Source: Octopus bimaculoides
Lineage: Eukaryota
Direction of reading: 5' to 3'
DNA length: 39,442 nt
Assembly: GCF_001194135.2 (NCBI RefSeq)
Contig: NC_068998.1
Location: 35,591,841-35,631,282 of the forward strand
Below the pieces are notes generated by a model. It did not search any database. It was given only the letters and a program-made list of their open reading frames with translations, and was not told the DNA's origin. Within the stretch, counting starts at the first letter, position 1. Every line of letters begins with the position of its first letter. Below are positions 12,798-21,438 of this stretch, one piece after another. The position numbers were made by a program, and so were the translations under genes.

Positions 12798-13557
12798 GCA
12801 CCATATGCAAAACCAAATGATAATGCTAAATACACTGTCTTTACGACAGCGTGTTCGCGCCACTACACACACACACACACATATCATATATATGTGCTTA
12901 AGTATATTTGTCGTATAGCACGCGTATCTATTTACTCACTATAATGTTATTTTATATGATATAACCCTCATTAAAAAAAACATACTCATATGCACAACGA
13001 ACGGTATCATCGACAAACAAAAGTATCGTATTATCAGAATGTCTGTTGAAAGAAACACTAAAATGTCTAGAGGAGGATGTTTATCAGGTAACAATAATCT
13101 GAAAGGGCATCATGTTATCTAAAACCTTGAATATGTAGGGGTTACACATTCGTTAGCATAGATTAAATGCTACTTTTAGCCCGCTACCGTCTGCTAGCAT
13201 TTGCTGTTGCTGTTACTTAATTTCAAGTTCAAACTTGATTGAATAAACCTGCAATTAAAGTCCTTTCCGGCGCTGATTATCTCGCTTATTTGCATACAAA
13301 GTACTACTTTGTCCAATCCGTCCTTCTTTTTCAAGACAGTAGTGTGTAAATTGAGGGAAATCTGGCTGCTGTTTCTAGTATGTGGTAAAGCGATCCTGTA
13401 GGGGCTAACTTATTGCCTCGCTGTAGCTGCTGTTGTTACATCTAAAGAAGAATGACATCGACTCCGTTCATCATCAAACTTTATTTATGTAATGGTCATT
13501 TGAATCATTCTCCTTAACTCATTTTCTTGTTTATTTTAATCATACAAATTGGCCATA

Positions 13558-13772
13558 CGAGGGTGTGCTGAAAAGTTGTTGACTTTAAGGGTGTTGCGAA
13601 AGGCCTGGTTGGAGGCTGAACCTTCCGGGTTCTTTTACAGGACTTAGAAAAACTGAAGGACCGCTGCAATAAGTGTGTGAATCTGAGAGGGGAATATGTT
13701 GAATAAAATCAATTAATTTATCTTCCTATATTTTCTTTTACCCAAAGCCACAAACTTTTCAGCGCCCCCTCG
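13558..13772 (+). mobile_element. Mariner deletion derivative (215-bp MITE)
   Basis: TIRs ta|cgagggtgtgctgaaaagtt and aacttttcagcgccccctcg|ca. Internal remnant DLEKLKDRCNKCVNLRGEYVE* (13641-13706) is a mariner C-terminus. Confidence 0.85.
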
Positions 13773-14137
13773 CATATCCAAAAAATTGGTTAACTGATGA
13801 GACAGGTTTGCTTAAAATGTACTTTTCTGTTAAGGACTTTTGTCAGTAGAATTTTGGGGATTGATTTGAAATATTTAGTTCTCTCCAAACAAATAAATGT
13901 GCCTAATAAAAACTTTAAATTCGTTATTATTGATTTCTAGTTCACCTGAAGCTAGAAGTGCCATAATCCGTGAGAGTTAACCAACATTTGGTCATTGATG
14001 ATTAAGAATTGTATGATGGAATCCGGTGACTAAAACAACGATACCGTACAAAATGTTTCCTAAAAAAGACTGGTTAAAAAATATCAGGAATCTAGAAAAT
14101 AACACCTTCACATTTGCACGCGCTCTTTCCTTTCCAG

Positions 14138-14206
14138 TCCTAGAACCACAGTCTTTAGAGAAACTTTTGTTTTCAAAGCCAGTCTCGATCCATTGGCAAT
14201 GACAAG
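14138..14206 (+). CDS. Candidate 69-nt internal exon (phase 2-2), peptide PRTTVFRETFVFKASLDPLAMT; product unknown
   Basis: Acceptor ctctttcctttccag|, donor caag|gtaaac. Only one of three frames is open and the length is divisible by 3. Confidence 0.4.
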
Positions 14207-14399
14207 GTAAACAGAGGTTATTAGGAGTCTGTTGAACTAAGGTTTAGTGCTGGAGTATCTTCTTCAGGTCCGAAGGAGAAATTGAACTAAAAACATTGTA
14301 CATTTAGGAAATAGTATTGAAGTCTATTTTAAGACTGCGCTAAGTTGTTTTTAAATTATATAAAGTAACCTGTAGCTCTTGGTGAAACCTGTTTTTCAG

Positions 14400-14490
14400 T
14401 CAACTTGTGCGAGTCGTACACCGCCACCCAGAAAACCGCCAAGTGGAACAATCTATAAGGACATTTAATGGCTGGTGTCATACTGAGTGA
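14400..14490 (+). CDS. Candidate next exon, peptide (S)QLVRVVHRHPENRQVEQSIRTFNGWCHTE*; 3' end uncertain
   Basis: Acceptor cctgtttttcag|, phase-compatible with 14138-14206 across a 193-nt intron, and locally GC-richer. It could end at a weak donor (after 14474 or 14486) or at the TGA at 14488. Confidence 0.33.
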
Positions 14491-14681
14491 TATCTGTAAA
14501 CTGCAGCCATAAAAACTCTCGTGAAATTTCGGGAATCAAGGCAATTGATGTTTCAAGGCAATTTCCAAAATCTATTATTGTAGTGTTCTTTTATAAACCA
14601 AGCAATGATCACCTACACTGTTGTGTACCAGGTAGGAGGCTAGCTGATAGAAGTAATGGAATAATAATGAAAAAAGAAAAT

Positions 14682-14987
14682 AACTGGCGGTCAGTTGGTT
14701 ACGGCGACGAATGTTCCAGTTGGTTCGTTCAGCGGAATAGCCTGCTCGTGGAATTAACGTGTAAATGGCTGAGCACTTCACAGACACACGTAGTTTTCGG
14801 GGATATTCAGAATGTGACAAGGCTGGCGCTTTGAAATACAAGTACTACTCATTTTTTGTCAGCTGAATGGAGTGAAGCAACGTGAAATAACGTGTCTTGT
14901 TCAAGGCACAACGCGCCACCATGTATCAAACTCAGGACCTTGTGATCATCAGCCGAATGTCCTAACTATTTAGCGACGCGCCTTCAC
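14682..14987 (-). mobile_element. tRNA-derived SINE family C (CORE-like; probably the octopus OR1/OR2 type), near full length
   Basis: Minus strand: tRNA-like head gtgaaggcgcgtcgctaaatagttagg...gagtttgat, then ccttgaacaagacacgttatttcacgttgc...cagctgacaaaaaatgagtagta (resembles the MIR CORE domain) and a 3' tail. Confidence 0.8.
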
Positions 14988-15839
14988 AGAAGTCAAATAT
15001 AGAGCAAACGCTATTGAACTAAAATTTAATAACAGTAATAATAAAACAGTATTTATGAGTTAAGTTAAGATCTCCCTGACATAAACATTAAGGAACTTTA
15101 TGGTTGAGCCTCTTCATGTGACCTGAAGAGATGTGTGGCATATTTCATCTGTTTTATTTATTTATTTATTTATTTATTTAGAGTTTACAATTATTTATCT
15201 CGAATGTTCGGTCATTCAGTATAGCTTGAAATTACTTCTGCACAAGCCACGAGGTTTATTTCAACGAGTTCTTGTTTCTGTTCTACAGTGTCTGTCAGGA
15301 ACATGTAAAGTAATTCAACTCCATCAGTTTATTCTTGTATACAAATACATTTAAAATTCCAGCTTACAAGATGGCGGTGCTAGTAGTAGCAATGACTGTG
15401 TTTACTAAATTGTTTTGTCTTTTTAACAGCACTTAAAGAATGATTTACATTCACTAAGTGCAACAACTTTGGACATTTAAGAGGGAACATAGGATTCTAT
15501 AACATTCAGAGTTTTGTCAAGAACATTAGTGACATAACTGAAAGAAACTGGGTACACAGAAGATTATCTTATGATTTATGCTGTCTGCTGTTAATTAATC
15601 TATCCGAAAGAATGATATTCGTTCTTTCAGTTTATAGTACCAATTCCCAAAAGGCAAAAGAAAATGAGTTGTTGAAGTATTTAATGTTGGTTTTACACTG
15701 TAGAGAGTAAAAGAGTAAATATCCATCACAAGTGCGTTGTCATTCATAATTAAAGACAACGTTACTTCCTTGAGACGTACTTAATTGGTGTTGGACAAAT
15801 TAGACATTTGATTGCTGCAGACCATATTATAAGCAACGT

Positions 15840-15975
15840 TGGAGGCGCGTGGCCTGGTGATAATGCGTTTCATTTACGATCGCAAGATCGTGGCTTCGAT
15901 TCTCGGACCGGGGTGTGCATTATGTTCTTGAGCAAAACACGTCATTTCAGTTAACTCCAGTCTACTAAGCCGTAA
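15840..15975 (+). mobile_element. SINE family C, 5' part
   Basis: ggaggcgcgtggcctggtg...gcttcgattctcggaccggg...gttcttgagcaaaacacgtcatttc matches 14682-14987 and 16063-16182 in reverse complement. Confidence 0.8.
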
Positions 15976-16062
15976 TCGAGTGATCCTGGGACGGAGTGAC
16001 GTCTCGTTTAGAAGGAATAGTGATCTCGGTCAATTACAAACAATGGAAACAGCTGCATGAAC

Positions 16063-16182
16063 TTGAGCAACGTGAAATAAAGTGTCTTGCTCAAGAACAC
16101 AGCACAGCCCGGTCCTGGAATCGAACTTACTACTTCATGATTGTGAGCCCGACGCGCTAACCACTGCGCCATGCGCCTTCAC
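16063..16182 (-). mobile_element. SINE family C, 5' part
   Basis: Minus strand gtgaaggcgcatggcgcagtggttagcgcgtcgggc...agttcgattccaggaccgggc...gttcttgagcaagacactttatttcacgttgc, with clear A and B boxes. Confidence 0.85.
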
Positions 16183-16192
16183 TATTTATATA

Positions 16193-16229
<37 letters not shown>

Positions 16230-16812
16230 ATGTATGTATGTATGTATGTATGTATTTATGTATGTATGTATGTATGTATGTAATACTTTAAGGGATGCTA
16301 GCATCCTAGTTCTACGGTTTATACCAGTGTTCAGTTTACAAAGGAAAATAGATATTATGATATTATTAACCCCAGGTTTCTTAAAATTGGTTATTCCGTA
16401 TCTAATAATTTACGCCAGATTATATTTTCAATTAACGAAAGAAAATTATCTAACTTTTGTAATAATTGAAATAGTAGTAAACACCATAACAGTAATACTA
16501 ATGGATTAAACGCTAGTAATGAAAGTAAATTTGAGACGTCTAGTGTACAGGGGGAAGCAACCCGTGTCAAATCCCATTACAACCTCTTGAATGTAGATAA
16601 AATGACAAGTAGCAATTATACTGAATGCTATGTGAAACTTTTTTTGTGATTGCTGGGTTAGAAGTGAATGTTTATTTAAAAATTATTGTAAATAAAAACA
16701 ATATTGTTTACAGATATAAGGTGATATTTGAGGGTAAAAGTTTCTTCTACATAGGGGCTGCGCAAAAGTTTGTTAAGAAACGCGTCTCTAACCATATTTA
16801 CACCTTTGATAA

Positions 16813-16982
16813 TGTTATATTGCAATACTACACAGTGGTTGTGTGAGCTGCGAATCCTCGTCGCCACTGTTATATTGCAATACTACACAGTGCTTGTGTG
16901 AGCTGCGAATCCTCGTCGCCACTGTTATATTGCAATACTACACAGTGGTTGTGTGAGCTGCGAATCCTCGTCGCCACTGTTA
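16813..16982. repeat. 55-bp tandem repeat x3 (plus 5 bp)
   Basis: Units start at 16813, 16868 and 16923 and differ at one base (gtggtt vs gtgctt). Unit: tgttatattgcaatactacacagtggttgtgtgagctgcgaatcctcgtcgccac. Confidence 0.97.
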
Positions 16983-16999
16983 GTATAGCAATATAACAG

Positions 17000-17069
17000 T
17001 GGCAACGAAGATGAGATTCGAACTCACGGGGGAACATCCCTTGCATTCCTCTCGGAATATATCTTCGTA
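17000..17069 (-). pseudogene. tRNA-Ser-like sequence with encoded CCA, lacking the anticodon arm
   Basis: Acceptor stem acgaag (17068-17063) pairs with cttcgt (17010-17005). A-box-like ttccgagagg, variable arm ggga-tgt-tccc, T arm gtgag-TTCGAAT-ctcat, discriminator G, then CCA. Confidence 0.65.
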
Positions 17070-17669
17070 TCGTTTCTAATAGCACCAAAAATGGAAGAGT
17101 TACTGAAAGCAGTAGCTTGAGACATAACAGATAATATAAACATGTCTTCTACCAACCTCATTAAATTTATTTGGGACTTGAATGACAAGAAAAAAGTTTT
17201 TTTCTGGAAGTGGGAGGTTATAAGCAAGGCACTGCTTATAAGCTTGGATGCTCTTTTGCTTTCTCTGTCTAGAAGAATTATTTTTGATCTTATATTCTAG
17301 GAGACGTCTCTTAAATGCTAAAATAGAGATTGGTTTTTCATGTGTTCATGTATGTAAACGAACTCTTAGAAACTACCATTAAATATATAATCATCATTGA
17401 TGCTAAACGTTAAAAAATGGTTAGTAGGTGTAATATTGATGAAAAATATATGATGGACGTTATGTCTTTTACACGTGGCAATCTATTGGTATTTTACTGT
17501 AAATTTAATAAAGCACGTTTCTTATAAATATAACGTTGAACTTCTTATAATAATGTATAAAGCTAAATTTGAGATAAAACATATTATCTTAATAGTAATT
17601 ACAACTTTAGTCTACTTAGTTTAAATATAAATTATCTATCAATAGTATCTGGTAATGTCCAAGTTTTGC

Positions 17670-17885
17670 TTTTACTCTTTTACTCTTTTACTTGTGTCAG
17701 TCATTTGACTGTGGCCATGCTGGAGCACCGCCTTTAGTCGAGCAAATCGACCCCAGGACTTATTCTTTGTAAGCCTAGTACTTATTCTATCGGTCCCTTT
17801 TGCCGAACCGTTAAGTTACGGTGACGTAAACACACCAGCACTGGTTGTCAAGCGATGTTGGGGGGGGACAAACACAGACACACAA

Positions 17886-17918
<33 letters not shown>
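17670..17918 (-). mobile_element. SINE family A, 3' two-thirds (head lost in gap)
   Basis: (TTTTACTC)n tail, cagtcatttgactgtggccatgctggagcaccgcctttagtcgagcaaatcgacccc...gccgaaccgttaagttacgg...gtcaagcgatgttgggg. Confidence 0.92.
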
Positions 17919-18376
17919 NNNNNNNNNNNNNNNNNNNNNNNNNNNNNNNNNNNNNNNNNNNNNNNNNNNNNNNNNNNNNNNNNNNNNNNNNNNNNNNNNN
18001 NNNNNNNNNNNNNNNNNNNNNNNNNNNNNNNNNNNNNNNNNNNNNNNNNNNNNNNNNNNNNNNNNNNNNNNNNNNNNNNNNNNNNNNNNNNNNNNNNNNN
18101 NNNNNNNNNNNNNNNNNNNNNNNNNNNNNNNNNNNNNNNNNNNNNNNNNNNNNNNNNNNNNNNNNNNNNNNNNNNNNNNNNNNNNNNNNNNNNNNNNNNN
18201 NNNNNNNNNNNNNNNNNNNNNNNNNNNNNNNNNNNNNNNNNNNNNNNNNNNNNNNNNNNNNNNNNNNNNNNNNNNNNNNNNNNNNNNNNNNNNNNNNNNN
18301 NNNNNNNNNNNNNNNNNNNNNNNNNNNNNNNNNNNNNNNNNNNNNNNNNNNNNNNNNNNNNNNNNNNNNNNNNNNN

Positions 18377-18431
<55 letters not shown>

Positions 18432-19108
18432 CTCTCTATAACATCTATTTCGCCCTAATTACCACACCACCGCTAATAAAAAAAACCCCATCTTGTATTA
18501 CATATGCACGCGCACAAATATATCAATAGTATTTTTTTATATGTCGATATATGAAAATGACGGGTTTTAGAAAAAAACGCACACATCTGAGTTTGTCGTA
18601 GGTCAACCAACACGTTGAATTGTAACTCTCTTTTGGGGAAAATTCTACCCTGATGAAATACTCAATTAACTAGTTTCAATATGAAAACTTAATTTAACTT
18701 AATTTCTGTAATCGAACTAATTGGATATGGAAACATCTGTAGGACTGGAATTTCATTATATAGATTTGAATATCATTGAATAAACTGATGTCTGCATGTC
18801 AATTTCTCCATTCTCTTCTGTTTCCTATTCACACACACACACACACGCGCGCGCACACACAAACACACACACACACTTACATACATACATACATACAAAC
18901 ATACATACATGCGTACATACATATATACATACGTACATACATACGTGAGTGTCTTTGAATTTGGCCTCATATCGCTTGACACGTGATATTGGTTTGTTTA
19001 CATCCTCGTAACGTAGGTTTGGGACAATAAACAAATAGAATAAGCATTATTTACATTATTTACATTTGACGGATATTTGTCCTCATCTCTTAAATATAGA
19101 ACTGAAAT

Positions 19109-19217
19109 AGAATAAGTGCCAGACTTAAAAAATGTACTGGCAGCGATTTATTTGGCAAAAATCCTTGACGGCGTTGGCCGAGCGTGGCCGCTGTCCAATG
19201 ACTGAAGCAATTACAAA
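19109..19217 (+). mobile_element. Degenerate SINE family A 3' tail
   Basis: agaataagtgccagactt...ggcgttggccgagcgtggccgctgtccaatgactgaagcaa aligns to the tail at 31290-31401. Confidence 0.6.
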
Positions 19218-19512
19218 ACTTGAAATATGAAAAATGAGATGGACAATTGTCGTATTGGAAAATAAATAAATACAAAACGTTCTGAAAGATAGAATTAGTT
19301 GACATCTTTAGAAGAAGATGATCCAAAGATAAGGAAATGGTTTACTTAATAAAATTAAGTTCATAGGATAATCAAATCAAAGCAGATTTGAGATTTCTCT
19401 CCATTGGGATATTAATCTATTTTTAAGAAATACATTTAATCTGTGTGTAATTTGTTTAAATAAATGTTGGCAGTTGTCGATAATAGATACGCACTCGCGC
19501 GCGCGCACACAC

Positions 19513-19610
<98 letters not shown>

Positions 19611-19674
19611 TATGCATACATACATGTAAGTATATGTATGTATACACACACATACATACACGTCTATCTAAATA

Positions 19675-20455
19675 CGAGGTGGTATCAAAACGTTCCTGGA
19701 CTAGTTATGTTTAATAAAAAATAACTTATTTACCTAAGTTTTAATACCATCTCCTTCAAAATAGTTATCTTGCGCAGCAATACACCGGTCCCAGCGTTCC
19801 TGACACTTTTGGAATCCGGCCTGGAAGTCGTTTTTCGTGAGTCGAAGACCTTCTGCGATTTGTTCTTGATCACGACAACGGTGTTAAAACGGTGACCTTT
19901 GAGCTGCATTTTCGTCTTATGAAAGAGATGTAAGTCCACAGGTGCTAAATCTGGCGAATAGGGCGGGTGCAGAAGGGATACATAAACATCCTTGATTGTC
20001 CTCAAACGATCCTCATGCAAACTTGATGAATTTTCTCTACATTTCCGGGATTGACACTCAAGACAAGCCTTCCAGATCGCTCATCGTTTTCCAGAGATGT
20101 TGTTCCACTTTTGAAGCGCTCGTGCCACTCGAAACATTGCGTACAACCCATTGCCTCGTCTCCGTAAGTTTGCTGGAGTACATTCAATGTAACTGTAGCA
20201 GACTTCCCAAGTTTAACGCAAAATTTCGCGTTGGCTCTTTGTCCCAACTTCCTGTCTATGACAAGAATCGCACACTACAGCATACACGTGATCACAAAAA
20301 ACACTAATTTCACAACTTGCAAAGTACACATACCAATGTCACTCTGCACACTGCTCAAGAAGGACGCTACTAGCTCTCACTGCGCATGCAACAGTGTGCT
20401 GCCATCTGTTGGTGCACTTAGAGAACTAGTCCAGGAACTTTTTGATACCACTTCG
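19675..20455 (-). mobile_element. Internally deleted mariner (781 bp) with both TIRs and TA target duplication
   Basis: 32-bp TIRs match at 30/32 (19675-19706, 20424-20455) with TA on both sides. N-terminus MGQRANAKFCVKLGKSAT...YGDEAM...FEWHERF...DERSGR is joined to C-terminal HPPYSPDLAPVD...LKGHRF; the middle of the catalytic domain is missing. Confidence 0.95.
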
Positions 20456-20529
20456 TATATCCATATGATTGTATGCATGTGTGTAATAGGTTACTAGGTT
20501 ACGAGTACGATATGTAGTAGATACGTACG

Positions 20530-20898
20530 GAAGATCCTGGAGAGACTCGCATCAAAGTTTGGCTTCGAGAGTTATACCTATCCCCAAACAGGACGCCACA
20601 GTGCAGTAACAAATGTCCTAATCGCACAGTCTAGAGTAAGGATCAGCTACAGCAATAGCTTGTGTTTCAAGGAATCAAACCTGTTTAATAGCTTGCTAAA
20701 AATATCTCTGCTGTACGAGATCTCATTTGAACCTATTTTAGGGAAGTGATTTGACCAAATGAGGGTGGCTATATTAAATTTCCTCTTTCATCGAAATCCA
20801 ACTACATGAGAATGGCATTTAAAAAAGTGATGAAAATGCTGGTGTCCCAGCGTAGCCACATCTATTTGGGCAGGAACGCATAAAGGAATAAAGGAATA
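20530..20898 (+). mobile_element. Second, older 3' fragment of the CR1-like LINE family
   Basis: gaagatcctggagagact...tttggcttcgagagtta...aggacgccac... aligns with 3730-3890. Tail remnant ggtgtcccagcgtagccacatct (20841-20863) is followed by (AAAGGAAT)2. Confidence 0.7.
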
Positions 20899-20899
20899 C

Positions 20900-21015
20900 A
20901 TACACGACTATGAATTCTCATTTGTACCTGTCATCATAGGTGCATTAGGCTATATACCAACAAATATGCACAAAAACCTAGAAATACTCGGTTTCACGGA
21001 AAAAGTGCAAAAGAA
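20900..21015 (+). mobile_element. Fragment of an RLE-type non-LTR retrotransposon C-terminus (Dong/R4-like)
   Basis: IHDYEFSFVPVIIGALGYIPTNMHKNLEILGF matches the typical VP(I/V)xIGALG motif of restriction-like endonuclease domains. Confidence 0.6.
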
Positions 21016-21074
21016 ACTGAACCCAGAACCATGTGATTGGGAAATGAACTTCTTACAACTCAGTCACACCTGCG
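21015..21074 (-). mobile_element. SINE family A tRNA-like head fragment
   Basis: Minus strand cgcaggtgtgactgagttgtaagaagttc...atcacatggttctgggttcagtt; compare the head at 33075-33140. Confidence 0.65.
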
Positions 21075-21405
21075 AATATCTTCAATTTTTAATCGGTAGA
21101 AATTGCAAGTCGACTCAAGGTCCGAGCCAAGCATGAAACTGTTGGTCCTTGAATCACATTGTAAAGTCAGCCGATTATAAACTGTGTGTGCGCGCGCGGA
21201 GGTGTGTATGTGAACTATTAAAGCTATAGTCTAAATTGGAGTTCTGGTGAAACCGGATCACTTTCACAGGAACAATCTTATTGAACATTCCGTAGTTATA
21301 TCAAAGATCTTCGTTACTCCTGTTCATATCGTAAATATTGTTATGAATACTACAGACGAATATTAGATAATATAACGTGAAAGCAAATCGACATAATTAA
21401 TAATA

Positions 21406-21438
21406 TTGCGTCGGTGCAACGTTAATTGCGGTTTTTCC
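21406..21438 (+). mobile_element. Isolated mariner-type TIR
   Basis: ta|ttgcgtcggtgcaacgttaattgcggtttttcc resembles Hsmar1/MADE1-type TIRs (ttaggttggtgcaaaagtaattgcggttttt). No partner TIR seen. Confidence 0.4.

Larger units (their letters stand above)
16813..17129 (-). mobile_element. 317-bp LTR/TRIM-like insertion with 5-bp TSD (GATAA), TGTTAT...ATAACA termini, PBS repeats and an embedded tRNA-like sequence
   Basis: TSD at 16808-16812 and 17130-17134. Perfect 6-bp inverted ends. Minus-strand TGGCGACGAGGAT (complement of the tRNA-Ser(GCU) 3' end plus CCA) lies 1 nt after ...AACA three times. Confidence 0.7.
16335..17370 (+). mobile_element. Penelope-like element remnant (post-RT linker and GIY-YIG endonuclease), interrupted at 16813-17129
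   Basis: FTKENRYYDIINPRFLKIGYSVSNNLRQII, CDC....C...C, NIVYRYKV...FYIGAAQ...KKRVSNH, then after the insert STNLIKFIWDLNDK...WEVISKA...CFLCLEE...LLNAKIEI..SCVH. Removing the insert restores the frame as NHIYTFDNINMSSTNL. Confidence 0.85.

Noticed and set aside
13038-13087. AG/GT-bounded 50-nt segment (CLLKETLKCLEEDVYQ or MSVERNTKMSRGGCLS)
   Set aside because: The pyrimidine tract is weak, and neither open frame ends in the phase needed to join the 14138 candidate.
16813-16982. 55-bp repeat as a CRISPR-like array
   Set aside because: The units are contiguous and near-identical with no variable spacers, there are no cas genes, and the context is eukaryotic.
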